Shown: positions 9,385 to 17,572 of the stretch, one piece after another | How the letters are laid out: every line of letters begins with the position of its first letter | How positions within the stretch are numbered: position 1 is the first letter of the stretch | Source of the DNA: Thermoplasmata archaeon | GTDB taxonomy: Archaea > Thermoplasmatota > SW-10-69-26 > JACQPN01 > JAJPHT01 | Length of the DNA: 41,503 nt | Reading direction: 5' to 3' | Assembly: GCA_034667685.1 (NCBI GenBank) | Contig: JAXDQU010000009.1 | Location: forward strand, 1-41,503 | Made by a program: the position numbers and the translations under genes | Notes under the pieces: generated by a model | What the model saw: only the letters and a program-made list of their open reading frames with translations | Told to the model about the DNA's origin: nothing | The model's database searches: none

Positions 9385-10051
9385 GCTTCCACGCTCCCAG
9401 CGCGAAGGCCATGAGGGTCGGGACGACGAGGACGGCCCACGCGCCGAATCCGAGGAGCGCGGCCGCGCCGCCCAGCGCGAGCGCGACGAGGCCCGCGGCG
9501 AGCTTCGCGCGCGTGTCGGCGAAGATGCCCAGGAGCCCCACGAAGATGCCGGGGAGCGCGTAGTCGAGGCCGTAGGGGCGCAGGTCGGGGAGCGCGTCCC
9601 CCAGCCACGCGCCCAGCGCGGTGCTGCCCACCCAGAGGACCCAGAGCGTGGCAGGGATCACGAGCAGCGCGGCGGCGCTCGCGGCCTCGGGCCACGCGGC
9701 CTGGAGCGCGTAGCTCTCGTCCACCGTGCCCAGCGCGAGGAGCACGCGCTGCCAGCCGCGCGCGCCGGTCTTGCGTCCCATCTCCAGCGTGGCGGTCGAT
9801 AGCAAAAAGTAGCGCGCGTTGATGAGCAGCACGGTGCCCGCGATGGCGGCGAGCGCGGCGCCGGTGGCGACGAGGCCGACCGCCGCGAACTGCGCGCCGC
9901 CCGCGAAGACGAGCGCGGAGATGGCGATGGCCGCGCCGGGCGAGAGCCCCACCTTCACCGCGCTCGCGCCGAAGAGCAGGCCCAGGGGCACGAGGCCCGG
10001 CGCGAGGGTGAGCGCCCGCGCGACGGCCCTGCGCGCCTCGCCCCCGGTCAC
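9374..10051 (-). CDS. azlC: AzlC-family branched-chain amino acid exporter permease
   Basis: SALVFAGGAQF, INARY, VDESYA and GLDYALPGIF motifs. Confidence 0.88.
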   Translation of the reverse strand: MTGGEARRAVARALTLAPGLVPLGLLFGASAVKVGLSPGAAIAISALVFAGGAQFAAVGLVATGAALAAIAGTVLLINARYFLLSTATLEMGRKTGARGWQRVLLALGTVDESYALQAAWPEAASAAALLVIPATLWVLWVGSTALGAWLGDALPDLRPYGLDYALPGIFVGLLGIFADTRAKLAAGLVALALGGAAALLGFGAWAVLVVPTLMAFALGAWKRAG

Positions 10052-10099
10052 GCGCCGGGATGGCGGCGGCGCGCGCTTAGGCTTGTCGCGCCCGCGGCC

Positions 10100-10726
10100 T
10101 CACTGGGCGCCCCAGCCGCACGGCAGCGTGTCGCAGTCGGTCGCCGCCGAGGGCGGGACGGCGCTTGGGTCGCCAATGGCGCGCACGAGCGTCTCCAGCG
10201 TCGCGTAGGGGTCGGGGTTGCGCGGGAGCGGCGGCAGGTTGCATTGCTGCGTCTCCTGGTGGCAGAGCTGCGCGGCGTTCCCATAGGTCTGGTTCGCGCC
10301 GCCATACGCGCTGCGCTCCACCGCGAGGGCCGCGTCGACGACGGGACCGAGGAGGCCCCACGTCAGGTTCCATCCTTCGCCCACGACCTGGTTGGCCAGG
10401 GTGGTCGTCGTGTTCACTTGGCCGTTCACGAACCCCGTGGCGATCCGCGCCTCGTTCTCCTCGATGGCGGTCGCGTTGCCGTAGGTCGTCGCGATCGCGC
10501 CGTAGACCGCGAGCTCGTCGCCCTGGGCCGTGCACTCGGCCTGCGTGACCGGGTCCGGCGGCGGGCTGCACGGGCCGAACGGCGTGGGCGGGGGCGGAAG
10601 CGGCGGGAGGGGGCCGACGTCGCTGACGTACGGCGAGGGAAGCTGCGGGGAATCCGGCGTGGCCATCGCGACGGAAGCCGAGAGGATGGTGGCCGCCGTC
10701 GCCAGCGCGATCAGGATCGTTCTCAT
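10100..10726 (-). CDS. Secreted hypothetical protein (Pro-rich ends, helical core)
   Basis: Signal peptide MRTILIALATAATILSASVAMA, coding-like GC3, GGGAG upstream. Confidence 0.7.
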   Translation of the reverse strand: MRTILIALATAATILSASVAMATPDSPQLPSPYVSDVGPLPPLPPPPTPFGPCSPPPDPVTQAECTAQGDELAVYGAIATTYGNATAIEENEARIATGFVNGQVNTTTTLANQVVGEGWNLTWGLLGPVVDAALAVERSAYGGANQTYGNAAQLCHQETQQCNLPPLPRNPDPYATLETLVRAIGDPSAVPPSAATDCDTLPCGWGAQ

Positions 10727-10789
10727 GGTGCTCCCGCCCATCCCGCGAGGCGAGCAAGTCCGTTGTGGAGGTTTGTTAGCATGGCTCCA

Positions 10790-11704
10790 CTAACGGCGCC
10801 GCGTGCTCTCCTCGACCCCCTTCACGAGCGCGCGCAGCGTCAGGTTCACCGGCGTGTCGATGGCGTGCCGGCGGCCGCGCTCCACGATCTGGCCGCAGAT
10901 GGCGTCGATCTCGGTGCGGCCGCCGCGCTCGACGTCCTGGAGCATGCTGCTCTTGTTGGCGGCGGTGAGCTCGGCGACCTTGCGCGCCCGCGCGAGCATG
11001 TCCTCGTCGGGGAGCGGCGCGGCCTCGGCGCGGGCCACGTCGACGCATTCCTCGACGACGCGCTGCATCAGCTCGCGCAGCGCCGGGACCTGGAGGAGCG
11101 CGCCGTTGCGCAGGCCCGTGATCGCGGTGAGCGGGTTGATGGCGGCGTTGACGACGACCTTCGCCCACGCCTCGCCCACGATGGCTTCCGAGAGCTCGAC
11201 GTCGAGCCCCGTTCCGCGCAGCGCCTCGATCACGCGCTTGGCCGCGGCGAGGTCGCCCGCCGGGCTGCCGACGCGGAGGTAGCCGACCCCCGCGTGCTCG
11301 ACGTGGCCCGGCTCGACCCGCGTGACGCCGTGCGTGGTGACCGCGGCGAGGACGCGCTTCGCGTCGACGCGCTCCCCGATGGCTTCGACGTTGCCCAGCC
11401 CGTTCTGGAAGGAGAGCACGAGCGTCTTGGGGCCCAGGATCGGCGCGGCCTCGGCGATGGCGGCGGCGGTGTCGTACGCCTTCACGGCCACGACGAGCAG
11501 CTCGGGCGGCTCGGCGTCGGCGGCGCGCAGGACCACCTTGGGCCTCACGGCGAGCTGCGTCTTTCCCGTGACGAGCAGGCCCGTCGCGGCCATGACGGCG
11601 CCGTGCTCGTGGCGCGCCACCAGGGTGACGTCGTGCCCCGCGTGGTGCAGGAGCGCGCCCAGCCACGAGCCCATGGCGCCGCTTCCGAGGACGACGATCC
11701 TCAC
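10790..11704 (-). CDS. panE: 2-dehydropantoate 2-reductase (ketopantoate reductase)
   Basis: GSGAMG Rossmann motif, VKAYD, QNGLG, WAKVVVNAAINP and SSMLQD...TEIDAICG. GTG start overlaps the upstream stop (GTGA). Confidence 0.93.
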   Translation of the reverse strand: MRIVVLGSGAMGSWLGALLHHAGHDVTLVARHEHGAVMAATGLLVTGKTQLAVRPKVVLRAADAEPPELLVVAVKAYDTAAAIAEAAPILGPKTLVLSFQNGLGNVEAIGERVDAKRVLAAVTTHGVTRVEPGHVEHAGVGYLRVGSPAGDLAAAKRVIEALRGTGLDVELSEAIVGEAWAKVVVNAAINPLTAITGLRNGALLQVPALRELMQRVVEECVDVARAEAAPLPDEDMLARARKVAELTAANKSSMLQDVERGGRTEIDAICGQIVERGRRHAIDTPVNLTLRALVKGVEESTRRR

Positions 11705-12618
11705 GCGTCCTCCGGAAGCTCCGCGTCGCGCGCGAGGGCGGCGAAGCGCGCGCCCGGGTAGCCGGTGAGCGGGCGGAAGACGGGCACACCGGCGAGCGCG
11801 TCGAGCGGCGCGGTGGCGAGCTGCTCCGCGGCGCCGTCGGCGAGGACGAGCGCCTGGCACTTGTGCTGCGCGAGCTGGGGCGCGAGCGCCGCGAGGGCAC
11901 CGGCGCGGTCGGCCGCCTCGACGGGGCGCACGCGGAGGTTCGGCAGCCACGGCGCGAGCGGCGCCAGCCACGCCTCCGCCTTCTTGATATCAGAGGCGAA
12001 CAGGTAGATGCCGGCGCCCCGCTTCGCGACGAGCCAGGCCGCGTGGGCCGCGCGCGGGCCCTCGACGAGCACGCCGACGCGCCCCTGGCTCGCGAGCGGC
12101 AGGCCGCCGGGGCCCTTGACCTTGCGCAGCCAGATGAAGGCGTCCGCGTCGCGCACCTCGACGTGCGCCTCCCAGGTGGGCGTGTCGAGGTCCACGTGCG
12201 GCTTGCGCTCCGCGAGCGCGTCGAGGATGCGCGCGGCGCACGCCTTCGCCACGTCGAGGCTGCTGAAGCCGTGCGTGCCCGCGCGCTTGACGCGCACCGC
12301 GAACCCGCCGCCCGCGGGAAGCTGCTCGCGCGCGACGGCGAGCACGCCCTCCGCGATGGCCTCCAGCGTGGCCTGCGTCTGCACGGCGGGGCTCGCGCTC
12401 ACGACGCCGAAGGTGTGGCGCAGCGCGTCGAGCGCGCCGTCGGTGTCGGCCGCGCGCACGAGGATGCGCCCCTGCTCTCGCGCGAGCTCGGCCTCCACGC
12501 CGCGCTTGACGAGCTGGTCCTCGATGCACTCGACGAGGCGGCGCTCGAACTGCGCGCGCACGCTGCGGCTCTTGATGCCGATCTCGCCGTAGCGGACCAG
12601 GATCGGAGGCCAGGCCAC
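11701..12618 (-). CDS. THUMP-domain ThiI-like protein with degenerate PP-loop
   Basis: ILVRYGEIGIKS, TFGVVSASP, FAVRVKRAG, VDLDTP, GPGGLP and RPLTG. The SGGxDS motif is replaced by VEGPRA. Confidence 0.85.
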   Translation of the reverse strand: MAWPPILVRYGEIGIKSRSVRAQFERRLVECIEDQLVKRGVEAELAREQGRILVRAADTDGALDALRHTFGVVSASPAVQTQATLEAIAEGVLAVAREQLPAGGGFAVRVKRAGTHGFSSLDVAKACAARILDALAERKPHVDLDTPTWEAHVEVRDADAFIWLRKVKGPGGLPLASQGRVGVLVEGPRAAHAAWLVAKRGAGIYLFASDIKKAEAWLAPLAPWLPNLRVRPVEAADRAGALAALAPQLAQHKCQALVLADGAAEQLATAPLDALAGVPVFRPLTGYPGARFAALARDAELPEDA

Positions 12619-12657
12619 GGTGCGCGGGAGGCCGCTCCCGCGCTTGAACCTTGGTCC

Positions 12658-14781
12658 CTAGAGACGGGTGACCTCCTCGCAAAGGCGCGCGAGCTGCTGC
12701 GGGAGCACGGTGCAGTCCACCGAGACGCACACCTGCTGGATCACGCCGCAGGGCTGCGGCGTCTCGCACGCGAGGGACGAGTCCTTGCCCGCGATCACGA
12801 GGCTGCAATCCACGGGCGGTCCGCAGCTCACGACCACGACGGGCCCCGAAAGCGAGACGCGCTCGACGCACGGGGGCTGGCAGGGGACGAGCGTGCACGG
12901 GTCGACGACGATGCACGGCGCCTGCGCCACGCCCAGGCCTCTGGGCTGCTCGTCGCAGTTCACCTTGCAACGGATCACGGGGAGCTGCGGGTTCACGAAG
13001 AGCGAGCAGTCGACGGGCGGCTCGTGGCACCTCACCACGTAGCTCTCGCCGAGCACGTTGATCACCACGTCGCAGGGCGGCTCGTCGCAGAGCGGGGCGA
13101 TGGCGATCACGTCGCACGGGTTCACGGGGCCGCACGGGACGCCGGCCGCGGGGCCCACGACGAGGCCCTGCACCGGGTCGCCGCCGCCGATCCCGATGAC
13201 GGGGCACTCGGGCGGCGGGGGCGGCGGGTTGGTGCCCGTCAGGCAGATGTAGACGAGGCCGAGCCAGATGTCCTCCTGGCCCACGGCGCTCTTCACCTGG
13301 ATGTGGACCGCGGCGCCGCCCAGGACGATCTCGCCGCTGGGGCTGACGCTGGGCGCGAACTGCTCGTTGAGCGTGACGGTCACGCTCACGCCGCCCACGC
13401 CGGCCGAGACCTGCGTGTTGGGCGCGGGGCAGTACGAGAACGACTGGCCGGCGGGCGGGACGTCGAGCGAGGCGATCTCGCACTCGGGCCACCACGAGAC
13501 GCCCGCGGGATAGTTGATCGCCTCGGCCTCGAACTCGATCGCCTTGGCGTCGAGGATCGTCGCGCCGTTGAGCTCGACGTGGGCGCGCGCGATGCCGGCG
13601 CGGCCGTAGGCGTCGGGCTCGCCCTTGCCGATGAAGCCGGAGTCGCACCACGAGTGGATCAGCGACACGCTGGCGTCGAGCCCGAGGAGCGCGTTGTCGT
13701 ACTCGAAGCCGGCCTGCTGCGCCTGGGCGTGGGCCGCGGGGCTCGGGATCGGCTGCGGGTGCGGCGTGGCCTCGGGCGAGAGGGTCGTGTCGTTGTGCGC
13801 CTCGGTCGCGCTCTCGGAGTGCTCGATCTCCACGTCGCCCACGGCGCCGGTGAGGTCCTTGTGCGTGACGAGGATGCCGTAGGACTCGCACGTGGAGCTG
13901 TCCGGCGGCGTGGGGATCTGGCTGGCCTGCTGGCGGCACGAGCCCGCGGGGACCTCGAAGGCCGCGGCGCGCATGGGCGCGTAGGCCTCCTTCGACCAGA
14001 GGACCTCGAGGCCGCTGGAGGCGAACGTCACGTCGTCGCACTCCAGGTCCTCGTCGCGGGCGTTCGGGTCGCCCGGAACGGAGGTGGTGAAGCTGAAGCC
14101 CACGACGCTGGGCGGCGCGGGGACCTTGTTCACGGCGTAGACCGTGCTGCATCCGTCGGCGCCCTCGTAGAGGTAGTTGCCCGCCATCGCGAGGCCGCTG
14201 TTGTAGCAGCCGCCGGTGCCGGCCCACGGGAAGCTCGTCACGGGCGCGCCCGCGGCGGTGTACTGGTAGATCGTCGTCGAGCCGTCGGGGCTGATGTAGA
14301 CCATGCCCGTCGCGGGGTCGAACGCGATGCCGTCGTCCAGCCCGGCGTTGGCGCCGCCGGTGGGCGTGAACGCGATGCCGCTCCCCGTGACCGCCTTGGT
14401 GATCGGGTTGTGCGTGATCTTGAGGATCGAGCCGCCCGGTCCGCAGCTTCCGCCGCCCCAGCCGGCCCACATGGTGTCCGTGGAGCGGTCGTAGGAGAGC
14501 GCGCCCAGGCCGTCGCACAGGTTGTAGGAGGCGACGATCGCGCCGGTCGTGGCGCTCGCGCGGTAGAGGTCGGGCGCGCCCGCGTAGCAGGAGTACCAGA
14601 GGTCGGTGCCGTCGAACGCGATGCCGACGCCGACGCCCGACGAGCAGGCGCCCGCGAAGGAGACTTGCGCGACGAAGCTGCCCGTCGCCGCGCTGGCGGT
14701 GGGCAGGGGCGCGAGCGGAAGGAGCAGCGCCGCGGCGGCGACGAGGCTGACGAGAGGGTGTGTAACGTGCTGATAACGCAT
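12658..14781 (-). CDS. Large secreted protein: beta-propeller-like N-domain, choice-of-anchor-P-like middle domain, Cys/Pro-rich tail
   Basis: Signal peptide, GIAFDGTDLW / DGIAFDPATG / SGLAMAGNYLY blades, PNTQV...VTLNEQ...AVHIQV motif and 20 Cys in the tail. Confidence 0.7.
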   Translation of the reverse strand: MRYQHVTHPLVSLVAAAALLLPLAPLPTASAATGSFVAQVSFAGACSSGVGVGIAFDGTDLWYSCYAGAPDLYRASATTGAIVASYNLCDGLGALSYDRSTDTMWAGWGGGSCGPGGSILKITHNPITKAVTGSGIAFTPTGGANAGLDDGIAFDPATGMVYISPDGSTTIYQYTAAGAPVTSFPWAGTGGCYNSGLAMAGNYLYEGADGCSTVYAVNKVPAPPSVVGFSFTTSVPGDPNARDEDLECDDVTFASSGLEVLWSKEAYAPMRAAAFEVPAGSCRQQASQIPTPPDSSTCESYGILVTHKDLTGAVGDVEIEHSESATEAHNDTTLSPEATPHPQPIPSPAAHAQAQQAGFEYDNALLGLDASVSLIHSWCDSGFIGKGEPDAYGRAGIARAHVELNGATILDAKAIEFEAEAINYPAGVSWWPECEIASLDVPPAGQSFSYCPAPNTQVSAGVGGVSVTVTLNEQFAPSVSPSGEIVLGGAAVHIQVKSAVGQEDIWLGLVYICLTGTNPPPPPPECPVIGIGGGDPVQGLVVGPAAGVPCGPVNPCDVIAIAPLCDEPPCDVVINVLGESYVVRCHEPPVDCSLFVNPQLPVIRCKVNCDEQPRGLGVAQAPCIVVDPCTLVPCQPPCVERVSLSGPVVVVSCGPPVDCSLVIAGKDSSLACETPQPCGVIQQVCVSVDCTVLPQQLARLCEEVTRL

Positions 14782-14890
14782 GGGGTCTCCCCGCGCCCGG
14801 ACAGCGCCCCGGAGCGGATCACCTAAGATAGCCACCGCGTTGCTAGAACCCGGGTTCTGGGTTGAAGCCTGGCCGCGGCGGTGCGGGCGC

Positions 14891-15511
14891 GTGGACTGGC
14901 CCACGCTCGACACGTTCGCCCGCCGCCCGCGCGACGCGCTCATGTGGCTCCCACGCGCCGCGGACGTCGCGCGCATCGCGGCCGCCCTTCGCGTCGCAGG
15001 TCCCCGTGTCGCCGACGTGGGCGCCGGCACGGGCCTCCTGGCGGCGCTGCTGGCGCGCGAGGGCGTCCGCGTCGAGGCGTCCGACGCCGCGCCACCCGCG
15101 AAACGATATCACGAGGTCGCCACGCGCTCCGCGGACCATCTCCCGGCGTGCGACGCGGCCATCGTCTCGTGGATGGAGGCGGGGCGCGACTACCGCGAGG
15201 CCGTCGCCCGGGTCGCGCCCGTCGTCGTCAACGTCTACGACGTCGAGGGAGGCTGCGGCGTGATGGGCGCGGTGGACTTCGCGCCGTTCGGTTTCCGCGA
15301 GGCGGCGACGTGGCGCACCGCCTCGTTCGAGGACGCGGCGTTCGCGCTCGACCGGAAGGGGCGCCTGAAGCGCAAGGGCCACCCGGGAAACCGCGTCGAC
15401 GTGCTCTCACGCGATCCCGCGCTCGTGGCGCCGCTCGCCGATGCCGTGGCGCAGGCGCGGGTGGGCCCGCCGCTCCCGTGGGAGGCCGCGATGGACGAGG
15501 TCGGCCTGTGA
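14891..15511 (+). CDS. Class I SAM-dependent methyltransferase-like protein
   Basis: VADVGAGTGLL motif I, EASD and IVSWM. The stop overlaps the dinB start (GTGA). Confidence 0.7.
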   Translation: MDWPTLDTFARRPRDALMWLPRAADVARIAAALRVAGPRVADVGAGTGLLAALLAREGVRVEASDAAPPAKRYHEVATRSADHLPACDAAIVSWMEAGRDYREAVARVAPVVVNVYDVEGGCGVMGAVDFAPFGFREAATWRTASFEDAAFALDRKGRLKRKGHPGNRVDVLSRDPALVAPLADAVAQARVGPPLPWEAAMDEVGL

Positions 15512-16632
15512 CGCGGCTCATCCTCCACGTCGACCTGGATGCGTTCTACGCGAGCGTCGAGGAGCTGGACCACCCGGACTGGAAGGGCCATCCCCTGGTC
15601 GTGGGCGCGGACCCGCAGGAAGGACGCGGGCGCGGCATCGTGACGACGGCGAACTACGAGGCGCGGAAGTTCGGCGTGCGCAGCGCGATGCCCATCAGCA
15701 CCGCGTGGCGCCTCTGCCCGCAGGCGCGCTACGTCGAGCCGCGCTTCGAGCGCTACATGGAGAAGTCCGACGAGGTCTTCGCCATCCTGCGCCGCGCGGG
15801 CGCCGTCGAACCCGCCTCCATCGACGAAGGCTATCTCGACGTGTCTTCGCTCGGGGATTTCGAAGCCGCCCTGCGCGCGGCCCGCGAGCTGCAGCAGGAG
15901 ATCCTCCGCGAGACCGGACTCTCGGCGAGCTTCGGCGTCGCCACCAACAAGCTCGTCGCGAAGATCGCCACCGACATGCAGAAGCCCCGGGGCGTCACGG
16001 GCGTCCCGCCCGGCACCGAAGAGGGCTTCCTGGCGCCCCTGGCCGCGCGCAGGATCCCGGGCGTGGGCCCCAAGAGCGAGGCGCGTCTCGCCATGCTGGG
16101 CATCCACACGTGCGCCGACCTCGCCGCCGCGCCCGCCTCTTTGCTATCACGCGAGTTCGGCGTCTGGGGCCCCCGGCTCGCGGAGCTGGCGCGCGGCGTG
16201 GACGACGCGCCCGTGGAGACCTCGTGGGCGCGCAAGAGCCTCGGGGGCGAGACCACCTTCCAGCGCGACGTCGAGGACCCCAGCGTGCTGCGCGACACCG
16301 TGGCCGAATTGGCCGAGCGCGGCGCCGCCTCCCTCGCGGAGGAGAAGCTGCTCGCGCGCACCGTCACGCTGAAGATCCGCCTGACCGGCTTCGAGACGCA
16401 CACCCGCGCGCGCACGCTCCCCCGCGCGACGGACGACGCCGCCGCGCTGCGCGAGACTGCCCTCGCGCTCCTGGCCGAGAACGCGCCGCCCCGCGCCGTG
16501 CGTCTTCTCGGCGTGCGCCTCTCGCACCTCGTCGCGCGCTCGGGCCAACGCGACCTGCGCGACTGGGACGCCGAGGTGCTCGGCGAGGCGCGGCCCTGGC
16601 GACCCAAGCAGCGGCGGCTCGACGAGGCATGA
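15508..16632 (+). CDS. dinB: DNA polymerase IV (Y family)
   Basis: HVDLDAFYASVE, ANYEARKFGVRSAMP, SIDEGYLD, KLVAKIA and IPGVG, plus a little-finger domain. Confidence 0.96.
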   Translation: MTRLILHVDLDAFYASVEELDHPDWKGHPLVVGADPQEGRGRGIVTTANYEARKFGVRSAMPISTAWRLCPQARYVEPRFERYMEKSDEVFAILRRAGAVEPASIDEGYLDVSSLGDFEAALRAARELQQEILRETGLSASFGVATNKLVAKIATDMQKPRGVTGVPPGTEEGFLAPLAARRIPGVGPKSEARLAMLGIHTCADLAAAPASLLSREFGVWGPRLAELARGVDDAPVETSWARKSLGGETTFQRDVEDPSVLRDTVAELAERGAASLAEEKLLARTVTLKIRLTGFETHTRARTLPRATDDAAALRETALALLAENAPPRAVRLLGVRLSHLVARSGQRDLRDWDAEVLGEARPWRPKQRRLDEA

Positions 16633-16792
16633 CGCAGCCGGCGCGTGGCTTCTTCTTCACGACCAACAACGGCGGCGCCACCGGCAGCGGCCCGACGCCC
16701 GGCCACGCGGCCTAGTGGTGATCCGTCGGCGTCAACCTCTACTCGGGCTCCAAGACGCTCGCGTACACGGTGACGGCGACGCACAGCTATGA
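16629..16792 (+). pseudogene. Probable gene relic (C-terminal beta-sandwich fragment with two in-frame stops)
   Basis: Reads MTQPARGFFFTTNNGG...HAA*W*SVGVNLYSGSKTLAYTVTATHSY with coding-like GC3 on both sides of the stops. Confidence 0.4.
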
Positions 16793-16890
16793 CGACGACG
16801 AAGGGAAGAGGGGAAGGAGGGAAGACGGGAAGACGGGCGACCCCTTCTTCCCTGCTTCCCTACTTCCCTCCTTCCCGTCTTCCGTCGTAG
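16790..16890. repeat. Purine/pyrimidine palindromic element copy 1 (GGGAAGNN units)
   Basis: Starts TGACGACGACGAAGGGAAG. GGGAAGGAGGGAAG (16811-16824) is inverted to CTTCCCTCCTTCCC (16863-16876). Confidence 0.85.
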
Positions 16891-16938
16891 CGACGTCCCG
16901 GTCACGAGTCGCATGGCAAACCCGGCGAATCGCGGCGC

Positions 16939-17529
16939 GTGGACGCCGCGACGACGCTCGCCTGGCTGGCCCTCATCGCGCTCATGTTCCTGGACAGCGC
17001 GATGCTGCTCCACTTCGTCCCGAGCCTCGCGCTCATCGCGGGCGCGATCCTGCTCGTGGCGACGGGGCCCGCGCAACTTGCATGGGCCGTCGCGCTGATG
17101 AGCGCGGCGAGCCTCGCGGGGACGTGCGCGCTCTTCGCCGCGTTCCGCAGCGGGGGGCGCGCCTTCCTGCTGCGCCACGAGCGTTTTCTGCACGTCAGGC
17201 CCGACCAGGTCGCGCGGCTCGAGACGCTCTTCGCGCGGCCGCTGGGCGAGGGGCTCGTCCTCGCGCTGCGGCTCGTGCCGTACCTGCGCGTCGTCGTCGC
17301 GATCCCCGCCGGCCTCGCGGGCATGTCGTGGCGGCGCTACCTGCTGCTGAGCGCGCCGGGGATCGTGCTCTTCGACGCGGCGCTCGCGTGGGGGACCTAT
17401 GCCGCGCGGGGGGCCGTGGCGCCGATGCTGGCCCGCGCATGGTCGGTGAACGGCGCGCTCCTGGCCGCGGCGGCCGTGGCGCTCGCGCTCGTCGTGGTCT
17501 TCGCGGTCCGCAGCCGGTCGCACGCATAG
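16939..17529 (+). CDS. DedA/VTT (SNARE-associated) family membrane protein
   Basis: Hydrophobic. RLETLFARPLGEGLVLALRLVPYLRVVVAIPAGLAGMSWRRY matches the DedA motif. Confidence 0.85.
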   Translation: MDAATTLAWLALIALMFLDSAMLLHFVPSLALIAGAILLVATGPAQLAWAVALMSAASLAGTCALFAAFRSGGRAFLLRHERFLHVRPDQVARLETLFARPLGEGLVLALRLVPYLRVVVAIPAGLAGMSWRRYLLLSAPGIVLFDAALAWGTYAARGAVAPMLARAWSVNGALLAAAAVALALVVVFAVRSRSHA

Positions 17530-17572
17530 CGTCAAGATCGGGCCCGCGCTCTCGGGTTCGGGAGGCTCTCGC

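Noticed and set aside
16713-16721. TAG-TGG-TGA considered as pyrrolysine/selenocysteine read-through
   Set aside because: The context is a short fragment with no enzyme motif and no pyl/sel genes are in the window. Decay is the simpler explanation.
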